DNA of 64,000 nt from Macrostomum hystrix (taxonomy: Eukaryota > Animalia > Platyhelminthes), in NCBI GenBank assembly GCA_950097015.1, contig CATNEN010000001.1:13392001-13456000 (forward strand). The letters run 5' to 3'. This document shows, in pieces, positions 11,411 through 20,828 of this stretch. A program made the translations under genes and the position numbers. A model generated the notes under the pieces. The model was not told the DNA's origin and did no database searches. It saw only the letters and a list, made by a program, of their open reading frames with translations. Every line of letters begins with the position of its first letter. Within the stretch, counting starts at the first letter, position 1.

Positions 11411-14400
11411 TCAGGGAGGTCCGTGTTCGGTCCTTCCTGCAGCTTGTTCCTCGCTGGGGAAGAAAGAGGCTCGTCTGGTAGCCCTTAGGAACCGGACGAG
11501 CCGCGGGATGTTCTCGGATCTGCAAACATCGTCCATTGATGGGTTTGGTCCGAGGTGATTGAGCCTCTCTCTGGTGAAGAAAGGGCAGTGGCAGACGAAG
11601 TGCAGGGCATCCTCGTCCTCAAGGTTGCAGAAAGGGCACAGCTCACTCCGGAGGTCTCCACGGAGGAAACAGTGTCTGGCGTAGCAGCCATGGCCCGTGA
11701 GGGTCATGGTGAGGGCCCGGATGTCCTTCCGGGTCTGGTTCAGAAGGACCTTCCGGAGCCGAGCGGATGGCACTGGAACTGCCGCTTTGGGTTGGCGGCA
11801 GTTAGTGGTGCTTCTCCACCGGGTAAGATGGAGGTTGGCGGTCCAATCATTAATCTGACGATAAATGACGGTGCTCGGAATCGGAGCCGGGGGGGAGGGG
11901 CCCGGCGCAGAGCTGGCTCCTCCCTGCTTGGCCAGGTGGTCAGCAAGCTCGTTACCAGGGAAACCGGCGTGCCCTGGTATCCACTGAAGTCTGACGGTAT
12001 TCTTACCGGCCAGGTTATTGAGCTGCCGGACACAGTCGGAGACTGTCCGGGAGGTTGTGGTGGTGTGACAGAGGGCTTGCAGAGCAGCCTGACTGTCCGA
12101 GTGAAAGATGATAGTCCTGCCTGAGATGTTTTTCTCATTCAACTCCGCAGCGCAGGAGCTGATGGCCAGGACCTCGTTCTGGAAAACGCTCGAGGATTTT
12201 CCAGTGTGTTGGGCGTGTGTGGCGACAACACGTCCGTTGATAAGGATACAGACCCCGAAGCCAGCGGAGCCATCCTTCATGGATCCGTCCGTGTAGCAGT
12301 GGACCTCCTGGGTGTTCCAGTGGTCGCTAACTTGGTCCCTGGTGGGGATGAGAACCTTAAAGCGCTGAAGGAGGTTGAGCGAGCACGGTTCACCGTCCGT
12401 AAGGACATTGATTCCGTTGCTCGCACCCAAGTCTCTCAGGCAAAGGTCCGTGTGCGGCAGGAGCTTTCGCTTCGCTGCCGCTCGTTGGGGGACGAAGCGC
12501 ACACCGGCATCAAGGAGACGCCGGGCGGTTTTTGCCGCCTCCCCGCGGATAAAGATATCGAGCGGGAGGATGTTCAAGAAGGCGTTGAGGCCATCGAAGG
12601 GGGCGGATGGCGGGGCGCTCATGATCGTCCGACATGCGCGACCTTGCACTCTCCGAAGAGTCTCATGGCAGGTCTTAAGCTGAAGGGCACTAGCCCAGAT
12701 CAGTCCGGCGTACGAGACAGCCGGCCTGACCATAGCAGTGTAGATCCACCATAGGCGTTTGGGGGTGAGACCCCACGTGTTGCCCACCGCCCTGCGCAGC
12801 TGCGCCAGGATCGCAAAGGCCTTTTTGGCTTTGGCATGGACATGAGGAGTCCAGCTGAGCCTGTGATCGAGCGTTATGCCCAGGCATTTAGTTTGCTTCT
12901 GGAAGGTGATGTCCTTTCCATACAGCTGCAGGGGGCGAATATGCCATTTGTTTTTGCTGGTGAACATGATCGCCGCTGTCTTAGACTCGGAGAGCTTCAG
13001 ACCGCAGCGAGTTGCCCATCTTTCGGCGTTGTTGATAAAGTTTTGCAGAAGGTCTCGGAGGGCCTCTGGTACCGGGCCAGATGCCACTGCCGTAACATCA
13101 TCCGCATAGCCGACCTTTAGGATGGGGTCTGGCTGAGAGTCTCGTAAGAGCTCGTCGATAACCATGTTCCAGAGAACTGGTGAGAGGACGCCGCCTTGTG
13201 GGCAACCTTTGCAGACAGTGACCGTCCGCTGGTGTCCAAGAAGGTGTGCCGTAGCAGTGCGGTGGCGGACCATGTACATGATCCACCTCCTAAGATGCGA
13301 ATGCGTGTGCCGCATACGTAGGGCCCTGTCAAACGCCTCGAAGAGAACGTTGTCGAAGGCCCCGTCAATATCCAGGAAGATGCTCAGGGCAAAGCCGTTC
13401 CCGAGGACGGCCTTTTCCAGAGCGTCCACCAGAGCGTGGAGAGCGCTTTCGGTGGAACGTCCCGACCGAAAGGCGTGTTGATTGCCGCTTAGTGGCATAT
13501 TTTTCAGCTCCACAGAGAGGAGGCGCCAGAGCACCAATCTCTCCATCAGTTTGACCATGGTGGAGGTAAGGCTAATTGGCCGAAACGATTTAATGGAATG
13601 GTAGTCCGGGCGGCCTGGCTTGGGGATAAAAACCACCCTCGCCTCGGTCCATGCCTTCGGAACATACCCAAGCACAATGCAGGCCTTAAGGAGCTTGCAA
13701 AGATTTGTGAGGAAGCCATGGCATTTTACCGCCTCGCGGATGAAGGCTGGTATAATGCCGTCCGGCCCCGGGGATTTGAAGGGTTTGAAAGACTGGGCTG
13801 CCTTGGTAACCCGGTCTTCAGTAATGATGGACGTCGCAAGGATATGACCTCCCTCGGTGTGATCCGGGGGGTCTGTCCCTGCTGGCACGCTGGGGAAAAA
13901 GGCTGTGAGCATAGTGTCGAGCGTTTCCCCAGGGTTCTCGGTGGGTCGGCCATCGGCCTTCCTCACCGTCGAAAGCTTGGACATTTTGTCCAGCGTGAGG
14001 GCTTTGACAATTCTGGAGGTGGGGCGAGTGCCCTCAAGCTCCTCACAGTATTGCCGCCACTTGCTGTTTTTGGCGTTTCTGACTTCCTTCTTGAAGCTAT
14101 GGATGGCTTCGAGATACGCAGCCTGATCAGCCGGGTTTTTTGTCTTCGTGGCCCTGCGGTGCAGCCGCTTCGCCGTTCGACGGAGCTCGCCGAGCTGCGG
14201 ATTCCACCATGGGGCCGAAGTTTTGCCTCTGTAAGCTTTGAGGGGGCAGGAGGCCTCGAAGGCGGTGGTCAGCGAGTTGGTGAGAAACTCAGCTAGCTCA
14301 TCCGCTTCATCGCAGGTGTTGGCGGGGGGGCTTAGGTTTCGTTGGGTTCCTTCGAGGTTATGCCTGAAGGCTTCCCAATCGGTATTCCTAGCGTTCCTTT

Positions 14401-15112
14401 TCCAAGTGATCTGGTTAGTGCAGCGTGCACCCGCCAGTTGGAAAGAGATGTATTTGTGATCGGAGAGGGAGGTCTCCGGCAGAACCTGCCACTCCCTAAG
14501 GCTCTGGTAAAGCCCAGGTGTGGCTAGAGTGGCGTCGATGACCTCAGACCACCGGCCATTGTCAAAGGTCGGGGTGCTCCCTGTGTTGCAGAACTCCAGG
14601 GACGTGGTTAAGATGTAGGCAAGGAGGTCCTCGCCTCTCGAGTTAATGTCAGAGCTCCCCCAGTGGGTGTGGTGGGCGTTAATATCGCCAGCCACTATGA
14701 GCTCATAGTTTTTGGCAGCGCAGGTTTCAATCAGAGAGATCAGCTCCTCAGGGACTGCCGGCCTGTCGCCCGGTAAGTAAACCGAGGCGATTAAGACGGT
14801 TTTTCCTGGGAGGATGTTCTCCGTCTGGATGACACAGGTGTCCCGATCAGAAAGGTCGGGTCTGTGCCAGGCGTTGAGGGAGTCTCTCACGAGGATGCAC
14901 GCCCTGGGAGTTTGGTTCTCCCAGTGACGGCTGTTGTAGAGGCAGTGATACCCATTGGGTACATTTTGAGGCTTACCTTTATGAGTCCACGGCTCCTGGA
15001 CGAGGATGAGACCCGGCATGTTGAGCTCGACATAGCGCATCAGATTGACGGATGCAGCTATGCAGTGTTGCAGGTTAACCTGCAGGCAGGTGATCCCAGT
15101 GTGGCCGATCAT
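11411..15112 (-). CDS. LINE ORF2: APE endonuclease, RT, RNase H and CCHC; intact, 1233 aa
   Basis: QVNLQH, LVQEPW, GDINAH, SDH (EN); FRPISL, LDIDGAFD, GCPQGGVLSP, YADD (RT); YTDGS, DSQAAL, WIPGH..GNELAD (RNase H); CPFC..HFVCHC. Confidence 0.96.
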   Translation of the reverse strand: MIGHTGITCLQVNLQHCIAASVNLMRYVELNMPGLILVQEPWTHKGKPQNVPNGYHCLYNSRHWENQTPRACILVRDSLNAWHRPDLSDRDTCVIQTENILPGKTVLIASVYLPGDRPAVPEELISLIETCAAKNYELIVAGDINAHHTHWGSSDINSRGEDLLAYILTTSLEFCNTGSTPTFDNGRWSEVIDATLATPGLYQSLREWQVLPETSLSDHKYISFQLAGARCTNQITWKRNARNTDWEAFRHNLEGTQRNLSPPANTCDEADELAEFLTNSLTTAFEASCPLKAYRGKTSAPWWNPQLGELRRTAKRLHRRATKTKNPADQAAYLEAIHSFKKEVRNAKNSKWRQYCEELEGTRPTSRIVKALTLDKMSKLSTVRKADGRPTENPGETLDTMLTAFFPSVPAGTDPPDHTEGGHILATSIITEDRVTKAAQSFKPFKSPGPDGIIPAFIREAVKCHGFLTNLCKLLKACIVLGYVPKAWTEARVVFIPKPGRPDYHSIKSFRPISLTSTMVKLMERLVLWRLLSVELKNMPLSGNQHAFRSGRSTESALHALVDALEKAVLGNGFALSIFLDIDGAFDNVLFEAFDRALRMRHTHSHLRRWIMYMVRHRTATAHLLGHQRTVTVCKGCPQGGVLSPVLWNMVIDELLRDSQPDPILKVGYADDVTAVASGPVPEALRDLLQNFINNAERWATRCGLKLSESKTAAIMFTSKNKWHIRPLQLYGKDITFQKQTKCLGITLDHRLSWTPHVHAKAKKAFAILAQLRRAVGNTWGLTPKRLWWIYTAMVRPAVSYAGLIWASALQLKTCHETLRRVQGRACRTIMSAPPSAPFDGLNAFLNILPLDIFIRGEAAKTARRLLDAGVRFVPQRAAAKRKLLPHTDLCLRDLGASNGINVLTDGEPCSLNLLQRFKVLIPTRDQVSDHWNTQEVHCYTDGSMKDGSAGFGVCILINGRVVATHAQHTGKSSSVFQNEVLAISSCAAELNEKNISGRTIIFHSDSQAALQALCHTTTTSRTVSDCVRQLNNLAGKNTVRLQWIPGHAGFPGNELADHLAKQGGASSAPGPSPPAPIPSTVIYRQINDWTANLHLTRWRSTTNCRQPKAAVPVPSARLRKVLLNQTRKDIRALTMTLTGHGCYARHCFLRGDLRSELCPFCNLEDEDALHFVCHCPFFTRERLNHLGPNPSMDDVCRSENIPRLVRFLRATRRASFFPSEEQAAGRTEHGPP

Positions 15113-16694
15113 GGTCCAGCGGGAGTCTCCTTGAGCAGCTCGTCCTCCTCAGACGGGGTCGGGCTGCAGACCTCCATGAGTAGCGGCGCGCCCGCAACCG
15201 CTGTGGAGGGAACGGCGGGAATCGCTGCGGAGAGCTGCTGCTCTGACCGCTGCGTGTCCCGGCCGCTCCACCCAACAACGGTGCAGTCGCTGCCGTCACT
15301 CGACGCCTCGCCCTCGGGGGTCGGGTCCGTGTGGATGGCAGCCTCCTTCCGGTGAGGGGGATCCTCAGACCAGTCGGTGGCCACCGCTCCGTGGGTCCCG
15401 GCACTTTGCGGCTGGCTGGGAGGAAGGGAGGTTTGCGCTTTTGTAGCGCGGGAGCGCTCCAGGTGCTCTCTGAGCGCTCGGGCTTCGCTGAGCGCCCGCA
15501 AGACCAGGCCCGATTTGCGGTTGTTGCGGGCTGGTCTACGATCTCGGGGGCCGGATTCGGCGATGCGGATATTTTTGCCCGGGCGGGGGTCCGCGGACGT
15601 TGCATGCCGCTTAGCTGGCGGAGCTTTCGCCCCAGAGCCAGGAGCGGCCCGCTTATTTTCCGATCCCTCCCCGGCCTTCCTCTCCTGACAATCCAGGATA
15701 GTCAGCGGGTAGAGTCCCGGTTTGATTACGCTCTTGTGAGGGATCCTTTTGGACCAGGCTTCGGAGAAGCCGTAGATCGCCGTGAAACCCTCCGCTTCTT
15801 TGCGGACGGTTTCGTGGCAGATCAGCCCGGAGGCTGGGAGGTCCGGATTCATCTTCAGCAGCAGCTGCCGAAGTTGGTCCCCGGACCGGATTGAGCAGGC
15901 GTCGGGGACCCAGACACGATGACGTCGGGTCCGTGGACGCTCGGACTCGGTGGTGCACCTCAGTCTTCCGACATCGGTGCCCCACTTGAAGTCTTTGATC
16001 CGATCGCGCAGTAGGCGGCTATCCCCCGCCGATTTGCACCAGAGGAGGACAGCCCCCTCCTGCGCTTCGGACCTGACAACGCTGACTGGTGTCCCTGCCA
16101 GTGCCAGGTCCGTGAGGCCCTCGTCGATGGTCCTGAGCATGCTTTGGAGCTGCTCGTTTGAGAGGTCCTGTTCCTCGCCGACCACAATGATCGCCGGCTG
16201 GACAGGCTCCCGCTTGGCTTTGGAGGCATAGGTCTCCTTAGCCTTGCTGGCGTTGGACGTGCCGGCCTTGTGGGTGGTGGTGGCCGTGATGGCGGTGGGG
16301 GCGGCGGCTCCAGATGGCCCTGCTGCGCCTTCCACGCTCTTTCCGTCGGCGTCGGTGCCGGCCTTGGAGATGGTGCTGGCCGGAGCGGCGGTGGGGGGGC
16401 GGCGGATCCAGGTGGCCCTGCCGCATCTTTCGCACCCGCCTCGTGTGCAGGTGTCGGGCGCCCACCAGTCGCGGCCGCCGCAGCATTACGGCGGCGTTCG
16501 TTGCGCTTCTGGTTGCGCCTTACACGCGCTTCCTCCGAGCGCTTGCGGCTCGGGTTGCGTTTATTCTGGTCGACGATTTCAGTGGCGGGATTCTCAGTCC
16601 CACCAGCTGCACCGAGGACGTGGGACCTGCCAGTGGCAGCGTCCGGAGCGGCCGAGTTTAGCTCGGTTTCGAAAGAAGAGATGGGCGAGGCCAT
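15109..16694 (-). CDS. LINE ORF1, with one indel in the G-run at 16393-16399
   Basis: ATG at 16694 (MASPISSF..., basic RKR/RRNQKR region) joins the 408-aa frame after one frameshift. Its stop overlaps the ORF2 start (ATGA). Confidence 0.75.
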
Positions 16695-16899
16695 GGCTGA
16701 AAAGCAGGTGGGGGGCTGCTCGTTACACGAGTGAGAAAAGCCCGACTGGCCGACACCCCAAGCCAGCCGGGAGCAGCAAAAAGGCACCGTTAGCGGCTGG
16801 AATACTCCCCAACCAAAGCGCGGACTGAAGTCCGGCAAAGCCCAGCAGCACGGATGCACTGGGGACATTAGAGGGTACCAAAAAGGCCGGTACCGAGGC

Positions 16900-17458
16900 C
16901 TGCGGACTGGCCGCATACCCTGTTAGGGTCAAAGGGTAGTACCATTTCCTCAGAGCCGTAGCCAGAGGTACCTGATCACGCACAGGTGCACGAAGCTGCG
17001 GACTGGCCGCATACCCTGTTAAGGTCAAAGGGTGACACCTTTCCCTCAGAGCCGTAGCCAGAGGTACCTGATCACGCACAGGTGCACGAAAACTGCGGAC
17101 TGGCCGCATACCCTGTTAAGGTCAATGGGTGACACCTTTCCCTCAGAGCCGTAGCCAGAGGTACCTGATCACGCACAGGTGCACGAACGTTGCGGACTGG
17201 CCGCATACCCTGTTAAGGTCAAAGGGTGACACCTTTCCCTCAGAGCCGTAGCCAGAGGTACCTGATCACGCACAGGTGCACGAAAACTGCGGACTGGCCG
17301 CATACCCTGTTAAGGTCAATGGGTGACACCTTTCCCTCAGAGCCGTAGCCAGAGGTACCTGATCACGCACAGGTGCACGAACGTTGCGGACTGGCCGCAT
17401 ACCCTGTTAAGGTCAAAGGGTGGCACCTTTCCCTCCAGCCGGGGCTAGAGGTACCCAG
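16900..17458 (-). repeat. 97-bp tandem monomers (about 5.8 copies) in the LINE 5' UTR
   Basis: Units start at 16900, 16996, 17093, 17190, 17287 and 17384, with alternating variants. Confidence 0.93.
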
Positions 17459-17880
17459 TTTGGCCAGAGGCCCTGGATGGGTCATCCAGCGCTGTTGCCC
17501 ATTCTGTCCGGCTGCCCTAGGGGCAGCCTTGAACACTCGCGGGGCGTGTACCCATGGGTCAGCTGACGGGACAGCGTGGAGGGATTCCTGCACCCGAAGG
17601 CACAGGTCTCCTTCCTGCCAAGCCTGCTCAAAAAGCGACTGCAGGTGTGAGGCATCGCAGACCTTAGCCCGTGGGCCTGGTCTGACTCATACCTCACAGG
17701 CACTGTGTCCCGCCGGTGCGAGCGGGTAGCTAGCTACTGCTAATTGTTTATTCATTCGATTAAGGTGAGTGCCGAAAATTGGACTTTCCAAGTCATATTG
17801 ACTTGACTTTCGACCTTTTAAGTCAAAATTGAACAAGTATACGTATACGTATAATAGGGCGTACGTATATAGTTGTAGCA

Positions 17881-17955
17881 CAAGGGGTCGGCAAACTCCG
17901 GCCCGCGGTCCAGATGCAGCCCGCGAGGCCTCTAGATCCGGCCCCCGGGCCCTTT
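17881..17955 (+). mobile_element. hAT/Charlie-like transposon terminal remnant
   Basis: CAAGGGGTCGGCAAAC followed by CGGCCCG subterminal motifs. No partner end found. Confidence 0.45.
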
Positions 17956-18072
17956 GCAACTTCTATGTACAAGCCGGCCCGTCAAGGACTGTCCACGTCA
18001 AGTGTCCCAGGCACGCAGACAGTCCAGGAAGAGTAAGAACTGTTTGGGTGGGTGGGCTCAGCCCCTCTCTGT

Positions 18073-18721
18073 GATCCTTTCTCTTTCCCTTCTCTTCGTT
18101 CTCTCACTCTGTTCTCTCTCACTCTGTTCTCTCTCACTCTGTTCTCTCTCACTCTGTTCTCTCTCACTCTGTTCTCTCTCACTCTGGTCTCTCTCACTCT
18201 GTTCACTCTGTTCTCGCTGTTCTCTCTCACTCTGTTCTCTCTCACTCTGGTCTCTCTCACTCTGTTCACTCTGTTCTCGCTGTTCTCTCTCACTCTGTTC
18301 TCTCTCACTCTGTTCTCTCTCTCACTCTGTTCACTCTCACTCTGGTCTCTCTCACTCTGTTCACTCTGTTCTCGCTGTTCTCTCTCACTGTTCTCTCTCA
18401 CTCTGTTCACTCTGTTCTCGCTGTTCTCTCTCACTCTGTTCTCTCTCACTCTGTTCACTCTGTTCTCGCTGTTCTCTCTCACTCTGTTCTCTCTCACTCT
18501 GGTCTCTCTCTCACTCTGTTCTCTCTCACTCTGGTCTCTCTCACTCTGTTCACTCTGTTCTAGCTGTTCTCTCTCACTCCGTTCTCTCTCACTCTGTTCT
18601 CTCTCACTCTGGTCTCTCTCACTCTGTTCACTCTGTTCTAGCTGTTCTCTCTCACTCTGTTCTCTCTCACTCTGGTCTCTCTCACTTTGTTCACTCTGTT
18701 CTAGCTGTTCTCTCTCACTCT
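18073..18721. repeat. CT-rich minisatellite (about 15-bp CTCTCTCACTCTGTT), continued at 28670-28786
   Basis: Directly visible; interrupted by the Gypsy insertion. Confidence 0.95.
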
Positions 18722-19571
18722 TGTAGTGAGCCGTAGCTTAGGTGGCTCCCTTTTCCCGGCACTGAGTGGCTGTCCGGCCCGCCCTCTCTGGCGTTGTCTG
18801 GTCTGCTCTCTTTGTCCCCCCTTTCCCACGGCAGCGCTTGCACTTAGAGTGTGTTGTCTCTCCCCCAGGGATGAGTCATCACCTCTTTGTCCCGCACTGG
18901 CCAGTCCCTTTCTTTGTGTGCGCGTTTGTCTGCACTCAGTCAGCGCATGATTCTTCTCATGTGACTGGCCTCTCTCTTTGTCTCCTAAAGTGCACGTAAA
19001 CATGTTTACTGCACTTGGGGCTTTGATTATGGGACAGGAGCCTACGTAGGAGTGACGTTTCTGGCGCCACTGACGTCAGTTGCTATTTTTAGAAACCACG
19101 TGATTTCATCACGTGTTTTCTAACTATGCACTGACCCTATGGGAGGCCCCTGCCTATAAAAGAAAGGCCCCGCTCCTCTGGTTCTCTATCCCTTGTTTAA
19201 ACCTTCTCTTGATAACCGTCGTTCTTAACTTGTTCTCTGTGCCATCTGTGTCTAAGTTTCCTACTTCAGTCTCTGCATGTGACTGCTCGTAAGCTCAGTT
19301 CTGGCTAAGTCCCGAAACTAACTTAGCCTTCCACCCCACCATCCGAGCTACGCAGGACACTGACAGCCTGTAACTGCAACTGAAACTCTGCACTGTGTGC
19401 TTCTCGAGACTTCGTGACTTCTTCTTTTTCGGGCCAAGGATCCTTCACCTCACCGAAGGCAGAAGTCCTGACGCCCTGGTGGCAGCGCTACTACTACACT
19501 ACCTAGAAATCTTGGACTTCATATTGGAGTTCGCCGGATCCCGCATTGTTAGCAGGACGACCGGTACAACA
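18722..19571 (+). repeat. G1 5' LTR (850 bp)
   Basis: Matches 27824-28669; one substitution seen by eye. Confidence 0.95.
19071..19161 (+). promoter_or_regulatory. G1 LTR promoter: CRE, palindromic double E-box, TATA
   Basis: TGACGTCA at 19071; inverted repeat TAGAAACCACGTGA-n5-TCACGTGTTTTCTA at 19090-19122; TATAAAA at 19155. Confidence 0.55.
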
Positions 19572-19572
19572 T

Positions 19573-19594
19573 TGGTGGCAGCGGTGGGATTCGA
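19573..19594 (+). other. G1 primer binding site (tRNA-Leu)
   Basis: TGGTGGCAGCGGTGGGATTCGA is complementary to the 3' end of metazoan tRNA-Leu(AAG/TAG) including CCA. Confidence 0.9.
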
Positions 19595-19658
19595 CTACAG
19601 ACAACACCCAAACCAACCGCCCTTTCGACAACATCGGCTACAGACCAATTGTTATAGA

Positions 19659-20828
19659 ATGTCACGAGATTCCGATCGAGAAGACCGTATTCAGAGTGGC
19701 CAGCGAGGCTATGTCAGCAGTTCAGCAGCAGCAGCAGCAGTTGACACTGTTGGAAACCGACACCGGGCACGAAGTGAATCATCAGAAGACCCACCCGACG
19801 AAATGCTCGAAGATCTGGACAGTCTCAGCCAAAGAATCAACCTCCGAGACCTACAGACGATCATGACGGCTCTGAAACTGCAAGCTGAACCACAACCGGC
19901 CAAGCAGGTCAAGATCAACAAGTACACGCCACAACAGGACATCCAGACCTGGCTCGCAGCCTTTGAACAACGCTGTGAGATGGAGCGCATCACCGACCCG
20001 TTCGAGATGAAGCAACACATGATCGCCAGCCTGGACCTTGCCTCTGCTTATCCGGCGTTGCTCAGCATGAATCTTCCGCGCTATGCAAGCTATCAGGAAG
20101 TCAAAGACCGTCTGATCGAGCGATTTTCTCGGCACACCGGAACTGACGATTATCGTGAACAATTTCGTCGACGATATCAAGGTAAAAATGAGTCGCCTGA
20201 TGAATTCGCTGATTCGCTGCGCCTCTTGGGAGAACGAGCTTACCCAAGAATGCATCCAGAAGACCGTGAGAAGGAGCTGGCTGATCAGTTCCTAGCCGGC
20301 GTTCGCACGACACCCGACCTGAGAGAACGACTGTACTGGCAGCGACCGAACAACCTCCTCGCTGCAGTGCGGGAGTTGTATCGCCTGGAGAGCGCCAAAG
20401 ACCTGGCGAACCGTACTGCCCAACCCCCGGTCAGGATGTTGGACGGGGAGGACAGTAACTCCAAGCCTCAGCCAGACATCAATGACGCCATCAACAAACT
20501 CATCACGGCTATGGAAAGGCAGCAGCAGTTTCTTTCAATGACACTGCAGCAGGCCATGCAGCCACCGCAACCGCAGAGCCCGCCGCAAAAGGTCACAATT
20601 TGCTATGAATGTGGACAACCAGGCCACCTGCGTCCGAAATGTCCGCTTCGCCAGCAGCAGCGTCAAGATCAGTACTCGGGAAACGGCCAGACGGAGAGCG
20701 CCAACGGCACCGCCCTCCGCGAGGTCCAAGCCCAGGCTACTTGGCAGACGCCGAAGAGTCACCAATTCAGGAAGAGCAAGCCGGCTGTGCAGACTCTGAT
20801 GCCCAGTCCGACAGCTCCTCAACTGTAA
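19659..20828 (+). CDS. gag: G1 gag
   Basis: Capsid-like region and CCHC knuckle CYECGQPGHLRPKC. Confidence 0.88.
   Translation: MSRDSDREDRIQSGQRGYVSSSAAAAAVDTVGNRHRARSESSEDPPDEMLEDLDSLSQRINLRDLQTIMTALKLQAEPQPAKQVKINKYTPQQDIQTWLAAFEQRCEMERITDPFEMKQHMIASLDLASAYPALLSMNLPRYASYQEVKDRLIERFSRHTGTDDYREQFRRRYQGKNESPDEFADSLRLLGERAYPRMHPEDREKELADQFLAGVRTTPDLRERLYWQRPNNLLAAVRELYRLESAKDLANRTAQPPVRMLDGEDSNSKPQPDINDAINKLITAMERQQQFLSMTLQQAMQPPQPQSPPQKVTICYECGQPGHLRPKCPLRQQQRQDQYSGNGQTESANGTALREVQAQATWQTPKSHQFRKSKPAVQTLMPSPTAPQL

Larger units (their letters stand above)
11298..17722 (-). mobile_element. Full-length LOA/R1-type non-LTR retrotransposon
   Basis: 13-bp TSD CGGGTAGCTAGCT at 11285-11297 and 17723-17735; ORF1 and ORF2; (AAGTC/AAGT) tail at the left end. 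Confidence 0.93.

Noticed and set aside
17460-17722. HDV-like ribozyme at the LINE 5' end
   Set aside because: Could not place P3, P1.1 or J4/2 by eye; only generic pairing seen.
18006-18030. CCCAGGCACGCAG as an EnSpm/CACTA terminus for the DUF4806-like gene
   Set aside because: No matching right end found.
17954-18736. Repetitive Leu/Ser/Cys ORFs
   Set aside because: Translations of the CT-rich minisatellite.
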